A stretch of DNA of 64,000 nt, taken from Candidatus Poribacteria bacterium. GTDB lineage: Bacteria; Poribacteria; WGA-4E; WGA-3G. Below, piece by piece: positions 56,443-64,000 of this stretch. Made by a program: the position numbers and the translations under genes. Under the pieces are notes generated by a model. That model was given only the letters and a program-made list of their open reading frames with translations, was not told the DNA's origin and searched no databases. Within the stretch, counting starts at the first letter, position 1; the number at the start of each line of letters is the position of its first letter. The stretch is from contig OZ240248.1 of assembly GCA_965198235.1 (NCBI GenBank), positions 4,128,001-4,192,000 on the forward strand, given 5' to 3'.

Positions 56443-56547
56443 GTAGGAGCGAGTGTTTTTGCTTGGGTCTTTGCTTAAGAAATCCGCAGGGAAATACCCT
56501 ATCAAAAACCCCAAGCAAAAACCCCAAGCAAAAACGGTATTTCTGCG
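56443..56547. repeat. three-level nested REP element with CCCAAGCAAAAA inserts
   Basis: GTAGGAGCGAG...GCTCGCGAT outer arms; GAAATCCGCAG..AAATACC/GGTATTTCTGCGGATTTC inner inverted repeat; tandem CCCCAAGCAAAAA. Confidence 0.75.
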
Positions 56548-56680
56548 GATTTCCCCATGCTCGCGATCTTACTGACTACTGATGGCTGATTGCCAACGAC
56601 TATAACCCCAAAGAAGACTTGCAAAATCCACGAATTAATGGTAATCTAATTTAAGGTTAACATCCACTGAAAGGTTATAG

Positions 56681-57475
56681 ATGGCTCTCAATACGAATTC
56701 TTTTCCCGCCTATTTCTCACTCTTTAAAGTGACACTCCGCCAGATGTTTTGGAGTAAACGAACCGTCCTGATTCTGCTCGGATGTCTGCTATCACTCGCC
56801 ATAGCACTCGCATTCCGGTTCATAGCACGAGGCGGCGGAAGCGTCAACCGTTTCATCCCACAGATAACGTTGGCACTTTACGGGCTCTTGGTGAACCTAT
56901 CCGCAATTTTCTACGGCACCGCAATCATCTCTGATGAAATCGACGGAAAAGGCTTGACGTATCTCCAGATGCGACCGCTCCGCAAATCAACGATACTCCT
57001 TAGCAAATTCGCTGCATACCTCGTCGGGACTGTTACGCTTATCGGAACATCTCATCTGATTCTGACCGGCATTATGGTAACACATCCGAAACTACAGAAT
57101 GGCGTGTTTTTTCAGTTGGGTATGAGTCTACGCTACACTGCATCAATGACATTGGGCTTGTTAGTCTACGGGGCACTCGCTACAGTTTTGGCAGTCAAAT
57201 TCAAGAATCCAGTACTGTGGGGTCTGCTATTCGTAATGGGATGGGAAAAAATTACGTTGAGCCCAGTGATGGCGACAGGTATCAAGCGGTTATCTATATC
57301 ACACTATCTTTTTACGCTATTTCCACGCTATAAACTACCTCGAAGCGGTTTCAATGAACTTTTGGGAACATCACCACCATCAGCGTGGGTAGCACTTCTG
57401 GTAATCTTCATATTGACAGCGGTGCTGCTGTGGCTCGCCATCCGAATTTTCCGGGGACGAGAATATTTGATGTAA
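56681..57475 (+). CDS. ABC-2-type transporter permease (no adjacent ATPase)
   Basis: About 6 TM helices; ISDEIDGKGLTYLQMRPLRKSTILLSKF. Confidence 0.85.
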   Translation: MALNTNSFPAYFSLFKVTLRQMFWSKRTVLILLGCLLSLAIALAFRFIARGGGSVNRFIPQITLALYGLLVNLSAIFYGTAIISDEIDGKGLTYLQMRPLRKSTILLSKFAAYLVGTVTLIGTSHLILTGIMVTHPKLQNGVFFQLGMSLRYTASMTLGLLVYGALATVLAVKFKNPVLWGLLFVMGWEKITLSPVMATGIKRLSISHYLFTLFPRYKLPRSGFNELLGTSPPSAWVALLVIFILTAVLLWLAIRIFRGREYLM

Positions 57476-57537
57476 GCGATCCTCAACCGCGCGCCTTGAG
57501 AACCTATTTTTAATCAATACAAGGGTAGGTGTGGTTT

Positions 57538-58740
57538 TCAACCGCGCGCCTTGAGAACCCGCGCAGTCTCACGTGAGACAATCAACTCCTCATTCGTGGC
57601 AACAACCAGAATTTTGGCACGGCTGTCATTCGCCGAGAGGTCTACTTCGCCAGTAAGTTGCTCATTCTTCACAGCATCTAAGTGAATACCACACCATTCA
57701 AGCCCCTCACAGATCTTCGCTCGCGTTATTGGGCTTTTCTCACCGATACCACCAGCAAAAGCGATAACATCTACTCCCCCAAGTGCAGTGATATACGCAC
57801 CAATATATTTTTTCACACCGTAAGCGTAAGTATCCAGTGCCAATCGGGCATCATCGTTGCCTGCATCAATCGCCGCCTCTACATCACGCATATCGCCACT
57901 CGTGCCAGAGATCCCTTTCAACCCGGAATCCTCAATCAGCTGACGACGAATCTCATCAGTAGAGAACCCCTCTTTGTCGATCATATACAGCACCGCAAAC
58001 GCATCTAACTCGCCGCAACGGGTAGACTGAATCATCCCATATTGCGTAGATGTTCCCATCGATGTATCGATAGATTCCCCGTCTTTGATGGCACAGAGAG
58101 ATGAACTGCCACCGAGATGGCAAGAGATAATGCGTAACCCTTCCCCTGTCTCCTGTCCGAGCAACTGCGGCACGCGTTCAGAGATGTATCGGTGCGAAGC
58201 CCCATGGTAGCCGTAACGACGGATATCGTGCTGTTCCACCCAGAAGCGAGGCACACCGAATTCGGCGGCGTAATCCGGGATCGTCTGATGGAACCACGTC
58301 TCAAAGACTGCAACGAGTGGAGTTGTGGGAAGCAACTCCTGAAAGGCACGGATAGAGGCGATATATGCGGGGTTATGCATCGGCGCGAGCGGTGTAGATG
58401 TCTCCAACGCATCTATCACGTCTTCGGTGATTCGTGCAGAACGCCAGTACCCTCTGGCAAGAATGGTTTTGAATCCGACACCGTCCAAGTGCCCCAAGTC
58501 TTCAAGGCATCCGACTTCAGTATCAGTGATCAGATCCATCGCGTGCGCAATAGCCGCAGTATGTGTTGGTGCATCGATTTCGCCTTCGCGAGACGGTTTA
58601 CCGGGCACCGCATGTGCGAAGGCAGACGGCGAATTGCCGATACGTTCCACCCCTCCCTTGACAAGAGAGGTCGTGGTTTCCATATCAATAATTTGGTATT
58701 TGAACGAGGTACTCCCTACGTTCGCACAGAGTATACGCAT
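57538..58740 (-). CDS. acetate/propionate-family kinase (divergent active site)
   Basis: NVGSTSFKY, APMHNP, RRYGYHGASH, CHLGGSSS, GGIGE, TNEEL. Confidence 0.9.
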   Translation of the reverse strand: MRILCANVGSTSFKYQIIDMETTTSLVKGGVERIGNSPSAFAHAVPGKPSREGEIDAPTHTAAIAHAMDLITDTEVGCLEDLGHLDGVGFKTILARGYWRSARITEDVIDALETSTPLAPMHNPAYIASIRAFQELLPTTPLVAVFETWFHQTIPDYAAEFGVPRFWVEQHDIRRYGYHGASHRYISERVPQLLGQETGEGLRIISCHLGGSSSLCAIKDGESIDTSMGTSTQYGMIQSTRCGELDAFAVLYMIDKEGFSTDEIRRQLIEDSGLKGISGTSGDMRDVEAAIDAGNDDARLALDTYAYGVKKYIGAYITALGGVDVIAFAGGIGEKSPITRAKICEGLEWCGIHLDAVKNEQLTGEVDLSANDSRAKILVVATNEELIVSRETARVLKARG

Positions 58741-58805
58741 AGTGGCTTTTCGTCTCTCTTCTCAAACAAAGATACATTTAATGCGAGTTCAATATTAGAA
58801 TTCTC

Positions 58806-59039
58806 CGTAGGTTGGGTTGAGCGGTAAAAGACCAAGAACTCGCCAGTTTATACGGAGCATTCTGATTTTCGGTGAACCGTCCGTTTAGATAGAGATAGCG
58901 AAACCCAACAACCCAAACGCTACCGGTGTGAGAATACGTTGGGTTTCACTCGGGCTTTAGTAATTTCAGGTCTCTCGATGAATTTGACAGTCATCTTTTA
59001 TGTGAGTTTTCAATAAAATACCGTTCAACCCAACCTACG
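58806..59039. repeat. extended REP doublet, same family as 8242-8470
   Basis: CGTAGGTTGGGTTGAGCGG/CCGTTCAACCCAACCTACG with inner GAAACCCAAC/GTTGGGTTTC. Confidence 0.85.
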
Positions 59040-59336
59040 TGCTTCATCGTCCTTGCTATTCAAAACCTTCAGAGCAGTCTCGACTTCAGCATCAATATCT
59101 TTAGCACTGAGTTCAGCAAAAGGAGAAATTCCAGCTGCAGACATCAAGTCTGAGAGATCCCATCGGGAAATGTTGAGGAGTTTCGCAGCTCTATCGGCAC
59201 TAATATCCCCATGCCGAAGAAGTTCAAGTACAAAAGCCGCTTTCGCTTTACACTCCGCATCGGTTTTGTGTTGCAAAAAACTTTCGTCAATAGGAAGTGT
59301 AAATGTGAATTGAACTTCAACTTCTGTCTTTGCCAT
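59025..59336 (-). CDS. UPF0175-family predicted antitoxin
   Basis: LELLRHGDISADRAAKLLNISRWDLSDLM; stop codon supplied by the REP. Confidence 0.8.
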   Translation of the reverse strand: MAKTEVEVQFTFTLPIDESFLQHKTDAECKAKAAFVLELLRHGDISADRAAKLLNISRWDLSDLMSAAGISPFAELSAKDIDAEVETALKVLNSKDDEARRLG

Positions 59337-59424
59337 AGAGATTACCTCACTTACCTGTTTTGCTTTTACAAACAATTGCATTTGCCTCTAACAAGAAAAA
59401 ATTTACTTGAACTATCGGCTTAAA

Positions 59425-59832
59425 TCAAGACAGATGTGGTTCAACTACTTGCTCTACGCTTTTCTCCACAGCCGGGTTTACGTCTGTTCCGCCTTCGCGC
59501 TTAGGTTCAAAACAGTGGTCCGTGTCTGCTATTGGTTCAATCAAGAGCCGACATCCTAGCGCGCTGAGGATGGTGCCGAACGTGTCAATCCGCGGTGCTT
59601 CGTCGCTGGACAGAATGCCGGAGAGGGATTCTGGGGCGATTCCGGTTTGCTTGGCGAGTGCGGAAATCCCGCCCTGTGATTCTACGACGGTCCGCAATGC
59701 CAGCAGCAGCAAAGGTGTGTCACCGTCAACTTGGTATTCTTCAAGTGAGAATTTGAGATACCGAATTGCCGCTTCTTGATTGGCAGCAAATCGTTCAGTT
59801 AGATATGCGCGCCATGTTCTCAGCTTTCTCAT
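59425..59832 (-). CDS. addiction-module antidote (HTH antitoxin)
   Basis: LLLALRTVVESQGGISALAKQTGI..ESL..ILS....PRIDT. Confidence 0.85.
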   Translation of the reverse strand: MRKLRTWRAYLTERFAANQEAAIRYLKFSLEEYQVDGDTPLLLLALRTVVESQGGISALAKQTGIAPESLSGILSSDEAPRIDTFGTILSALGCRLLIEPIADTDHCFEPKREGGTDVNPAVEKSVEQVVEPHLS

Positions 59833-59999
59833 TGTTGTGTCTCCTTGTATTCTAACCAATAGTTTTTTGCGCGTTCAATATCCCGTGTCTGCGATGATTT
59901 ATCACCACCACAAAGCAAAAGTACAATTGTGTTATCCACTTCTCCAAAATAAACACGATAGCCTGCTCCGAAATGGATACGGAGTTCAAAAACCCCACC
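59829..59999 (-). pseudogene. C-terminal half of a RelE/ParE-type addiction-module toxin
   Basis: Alternate frame reads GGVFELRIHFGAGYRVYFG...LLLCGGDKSSQTRDIERAKNYW; TGA overlaps the antitoxin ATG; N-terminal half missing. Confidence 0.85.
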
Positions 60000-60430
60000 A
60001 CTGATGCTGCTAATCCTTCAAATAATGCATCAAAGCCAAATGAACCGCCTAAAAAGATAACTTGGATATTGTCGTTGTCTCCAAACATTAACCTATCTTT
60101 ATTCGGGAGGTCGTTTTCAAGAAGATCAATGTTTGTATACTCTTTTAATTTTTTCTTTCCTTGGACAACAGATATATTGACCTCTCCAATCTGTTTAAGG
60201 TCAATAGAAAACGTTTTGGGTCCATAGCGATGTTTTATTATTTGCTCACGGTAATAATTCTGTGTGTCAATCATTACGGTTGCATAGATGTTCAGTTCGT
60301 TATCTGTAGGTTTATCAATATCAGTTGCCTAAAAATAAACAACTTTTACAACAGGATTTACATTCTCAACCCCTGAATGTGCTCTTGACATAGATAAGGC
60401 TGCAAGTAGTAGAATTGTGATAAACTTCAT
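60000..60430 (-). pseudogene. AT-rich truncated secreted-protein gene with an in-frame TAG
   Basis: MKFITILLLAALSMSRAHSG...VKVVYF*ATDID...YGPKTF; TAG at 60329-60331; joins the toxin remnant. Confidence 0.65.
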
Positions 60431-60643
60431 CTATGGTTCCTTCTCTTGTTTGTAAGTGTTTTGGAGGCTGTGTCGTCGCTGACCTCTCCGCTAGTGATAG
60501 TAGAAATGGCTACGTAACCGCTATTGAATTTTAACTTCTATCTTTGCCATACAGATTACCCCACTTATCATCTCCTTTTTCAAACAGCGGAATGTGTCCG
60601 GAACAGACACATCTTTCCAACCGAACACATTACGCATATCATA

Positions 60644-63600
60644 TCACATCTTTGGCAGTGTGGGCAAGGTCAAGCGCGGACGTTCACCGAAATCGGGGAC
60701 TTCGGGCGGATTCTCTTCCATCTGTCGGAGGAGTTCTTCAATCGCGCGGTCAAGTTGCGGGTCATCTTCTGTCGCATAGTCTTGCGGACGATAGTCCACC
60801 TCAATATCCGGATCCGTCCCGTAGTTCTCAACGCTCCAACCAACATCAACGAACCAGAAAGAATACTCCGGCTGCGTTGTGCCACCTCTATCCACAAACG
60901 CCTGATGCGGTGAGATACCGATAACGCCACCCCATGTCCGTTTCCCGATGAGCAATCCCAACTCCATCAGCTTGAAGCAGTGCGAGAAAATATCGCCATC
61001 GGAACCAGCGTTTTCGTTCGTGACAGCCACCATCGGACCCAAAACGGAAGCGTCTGGATACGGATGCGGCGTGCCCCAACGCGGAACGTCATACCCAATG
61101 CGCCGGCGAGATAACTTCTCTAAAAGCAGTTGCGAAACATGTCCACCGCCATTGTAGCGCACATCGACCAGCAGACCGGGATAACTCACCTCGGCGAGAA
61201 AACCGCGGTGAAATTCCGCATACCCGCGCCGCCCCATGTCAGGAATATGGACATACCCGACTTTACCATCCGTCTTTTCATGGACATACCGCCGATTTTT
61301 GGAGACCCATTCTCGATACCAAAGTTCGCTTTCGCTTCCGAGCACCTTGAGTGTAACGACGCGTTCCTCACCATCGTCCGCACTTTGGAACGTCGCTTGA
61401 ACCTCCTGATTTGCGAGACTCACGAGCAGTTCACCCGGCGAAACCGTTTCACTGACACGTTGTCCAGCAATAGCAAGCAAAATATCGCCTTCGCGGATAT
61501 TAATCCCCGGGGCATTGAGCGGCGAATCCTTCGTCGCCTCCCAGCCATCGCCGCGCGGGATGTGCGTGATACGATAACCATTGATCTCGGCATCGTAAGC
61601 AAAATCCGCACCGAGAAACCCCTGGGCGTAATTCGGCGAACTCCGATAATCCCCACCCATTTCATACGCATGCGAGGTACCGAGTTCTCCCTGCATCTCC
61701 CACATCAAGTCCGAAAATTCACCGCGCGTCGCAATCCGTTCAAGGAGCGGCAGATAGCGTTGATACACATGCTCCCAATCCACGCCAGACATATCCTCTG
61801 TCCAGAAGTATTCCCGCTGGAGCCGCCATGCCTCCCGATACATCTGATGCCACTCAGCCGTCGGAACGACGGAGGCTTTGATACGATTAAGGTCGATCCA
61901 ACCGGTCTGTCGGCTCGGACCACCTCTGCTCTCAGACTTGGAGTCCCCCTCAGCCTTTTTGCCCGCCCTGATAACACGCAATCGATTTCCAGTGGAATAG
62001 ACGAGCGTTTTCGCATCGCGCGAAAGTTGAAAGTCATTAATGCCGGAGACAAGCGTCTCCTTTTTCTGCTCTTTGAAGTCGTAGGCGTGAAGTACACCTC
62101 TCGGTCTGCTACTACTTTCATCATCATCCGGGGGTGTATCTTGTACCGGAAACGACGTAAAAATCGCTTTGCCCTCAATACCAGCGATCTGTCCATAACG
62201 TCCGTGCGGATACGGGAACGCGACGACGCGCTGCGTAATGCCTTCCAGATCTATCGTGATCAGTTTCTCCACCTTCTGCTCAGATTTCTCGTCAGATGCC
62301 TTATCCTCGTCATCCTGTTTCTTCTCGTCCTCATCCTTGTCTCCGTCTCCCTTCTCCTCCTCAAACGGACGGGGTTCAGGGATGAACGGATCGCCCAACG
62401 CCTTCTGCAAAGTTACCAACAACGGACGCATCGCCGTAGGAAACCCAAGATCAAAGTGGAGCGCATCATAGACAGGATTGAACTCGCGATAGGAGAGAAA
62501 ATAGAGATATTTCCCCTCGGGATCCCACGATGGACCAAAATCGTTGAATTCTGGATCCGTGACGAACCACGTCTCACCCGTCTCAATCTTGCAGAGTTTG
62601 ATTGAACGAGTGGTTTCCGTAGATGCAAAACTATAGGCACACCATTTACCATCAGGCGACCACGCTACATCTCGGATATTCTGATAATGCCCCTTCTCAA
62701 GCACCCGCATCTCTTGTGTCTCTAAATCGATGTGCAAAAGTTCAAGACGATTATTGATAAGAAGCAACCGATTCTTCTCGTCGCCTTCGGTTTGCGGAGC
62801 AACCGCAAGTTGCCGAACGTGTCCGATGTCAAGAGCATCAAGGCGGACAACGTCAGCACTCCCATCGCGTGTATGGATCTCAAGTGCCTCTTCACCCTCA
62901 GCATCGGAGAGAGTGACGAGACGTTTACCATCGTTGAGCCATTCAGTAAAGCGGTAACGTGTCCCACTACGCTCGCCGTGCTGGAGAACCGCGCCCTCCC
63001 AATTCGCCATTGTAAAGGATTTTCCTCGGACCGTCACTGCCAATGCGTGACCGTCTGGGGTCGGGGCATAATCTTGGAGGTAGCGCGACGAACTGACAAA
63101 CTTTCGTTGCCGCTGGGCACGCGGGCTGCGGAATTCGACTTCAACACGGGTTTCAGTGTCGCTCTCAATTTCATAAACAAACAGGTCGGCACCTGCATGA
63201 TAGACAATACGTGTGCCATCCGTCTGAGCAGAACGACAGTAGTAGGTATCCTGATGCGTATGGCGTTGAATGTCCTCACCCGTCGGGAGGCAGGAGTAGA
63301 TATTGCCAACACCTTCATGGTCGGAAATAAAATAGATACGTTCGCCGACCCACATCGGTGTCGTGAAATTACTGTCCACGGGTGCGAGAGGCTGAAATTG
63401 CCCATCCCCCTCCGGGTCCACCCAGATTTGCCCTGCAGTGCCGCCGCGGTAGCGTTTCCAGCGCGCCGGTTCACGGGTCAATCTACCGAGTACAACGCCG
63501 CCAGTACCGCCGAAATCAATATGGTTCGCGGGACCGTAGGAAAGACGTTGCGGTTCGCCTCCGTCTGAGCAGATTTTCCATATCCATGGATCAAATGCCA

Positions 63601-63919
63601 GACCGGCACCACTCGAATAGAGAATCGTCTTGCTATCGGCATCCCAGTCGACGATAGCAGCGTTGCTCCCCTGATAGGTGAGCCGCTTCGCTTCACCGCC
63701 AAGCGCAGGCATAACATAAACCTCTGACGGACCCTCTTCACGCCCTGTGAACGCAAGTAGTTCACCATCCGGTGATAAGCGCGGAGAACTTGCTGCGCCG
63801 AGATTCGACGTGAGTCGCCTCGCAACCCCGCCTTCGACTGAAACCGTCCACAAATCATCTTCACACACAAAAACAATGGTATCCTGACAAATTGTCGGAA
63901 ATCTATAATATCCTGACAT
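60644..63919 (-). CDS. tricorn protease (S41 family)
   Basis: EDDLW, WKRYRGG, ELGTSH, DVRYNGGG, AGSDGD, GKRTWGG, ENYGTDPD. Confidence 0.95.
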   Translation of the reverse strand: MSGYYRFPTICQDTIVFVCEDDLWTVSVEGGVARRLTSNLGAASSPRLSPDGELLAFTGREEGPSEVYVMPALGGEAKRLTYQGSNAAIVDWDADSKTILYSSGAGLAFDPWIWKICSDGGEPQRLSYGPANHIDFGGTGGVVLGRLTREPARWKRYRGGTAGQIWVDPEGDGQFQPLAPVDSNFTTPMWVGERIYFISDHEGVGNIYSCLPTGEDIQRHTHQDTYYCRSAQTDGTRIVYHAGADLFVYEIESDTETRVEVEFRSPRAQRQRKFVSSSRYLQDYAPTPDGHALAVTVRGKSFTMANWEGAVLQHGERSGTRYRFTEWLNDGKRLVTLSDAEGEEALEIHTRDGSADVVRLDALDIGHVRQLAVAPQTEGDEKNRLLLINNRLELLHIDLETQEMRVLEKGHYQNIRDVAWSPDGKWCAYSFASTETTRSIKLCKIETGETWFVTDPEFNDFGPSWDPEGKYLYFLSYREFNPVYDALHFDLGFPTAMRPLLVTLQKALGDPFIPEPRPFEEEKGDGDKDEDEKKQDDEDKASDEKSEQKVEKLITIDLEGITQRVVAFPYPHGRYGQIAGIEGKAIFTSFPVQDTPPDDDESSSRPRGVLHAYDFKEQKKETLVSGINDFQLSRDAKTLVYSTGNRLRVIRAGKKAEGDSKSESRGGPSRQTGWIDLNRIKASVVPTAEWHQMYREAWRLQREYFWTEDMSGVDWEHVYQRYLPLLERIATRGEFSDLMWEMQGELGTSHAYEMGGDYRSSPNYAQGFLGADFAYDAEINGYRITHIPRGDGWEATKDSPLNAPGINIREGDILLAIAGQRVSETVSPGELLVSLANQEVQATFQSADDGEERVVTLKVLGSESELWYREWVSKNRRYVHEKTDGKVGYVHIPDMGRRGYAEFHRGFLAEVSYPGLLVDVRYNGGGHVSQLLLEKLSRRRIGYDVPRWGTPHPYPDASVLGPMVAVTNENAGSDGDIFSHCFKLMELGLLIGKRTWGGVIGISPHQAFVDRGGTTQPEYSFWFVDVGWSVENYGTDPDIEVDYRPQDYATEDDPQLDRAIEELLRQMEENPPEVPDFGERPRLTLPTLPKM

Positions 63920-63962
63920 CAACTCCTCCGTGATAACTTAATGAAATACAAACACAAATAAA

Positions 63963-63996
63963 CGTAGATTGCGTTGAACTGGAAGTGAAACCCAAT
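63963..63996 (+). repeat. short REP unit related to the GTAGGTTGGGTTGA..GAAACCCAA family
   Basis: CGTAGATTGCGTTGAACTGGAAGTGAAACCCAAT at the window edge. Confidence 0.55.
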
Positions 63997-64000
63997 CCAG

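Noticed and set aside
60329-60331. In-frame TAG as evidence of recoding or pyrrolysine
   Set aside because: TAG is a normal stop in conserved genes here (rplB, rplC, rplN, rpsD), and this ORF is also truncated, so a pseudogene is simpler.
61130-63568. Long plus-strand ORFs (491 and 278 aa) and similar antisense ORFs elsewhere
   Set aside because: Shadow frames of well-supported genes, with no recognisable motifs.

Overview
Chromosomal window from a bacterium that is probably Candidatus Poribacteria. This is inferred from LRR/cohesin/dockerin proteins ending in the ...ANYPNPFNPETWIPY... domain, a membrane-fused ECF sigma factor and PhyH dioxygenases. The core is a ~20.6 kb str-S10-spc-alpha ribosomal superoperon (rpsL..rplQ) that lacks rpmD, adk, map and infA. 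It is flanked by metabolic genes (dut-thyA-folA, nagA-like, ackA-like, tricorn and M28 peptidases), an accessory lipoprotein region, tRNA-Arg(CCG), an internally deleted IS200/IS605 tnpB element and decayed toxin-antitoxin genes. The most striking observation is that the translation machinery departs from near-universal motifs at many functional sites. S12 has K43N, R86K, P91S and G92N. S5 has the equivalent of G28R. IF1 has the equivalents of R41M and R46W. The L5 and L16 tRNA-contact loops carry insertions, and S3, S7, L22, L6 and EF-Tu motifs are altered. A separate infA-rsgA-RimJ-like operon is followed by a structured small RNA/uORF unit and a sigma region 4 protein. Intergenic DNA, including most ribosomal spacers, is filled with nested modular REP/MITE-like palindromes that carry a recurrent CCCAAGCAAAAA micro-insertion. 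All family calls and consensus comparisons come from motif recognition by eye; no searches were run.
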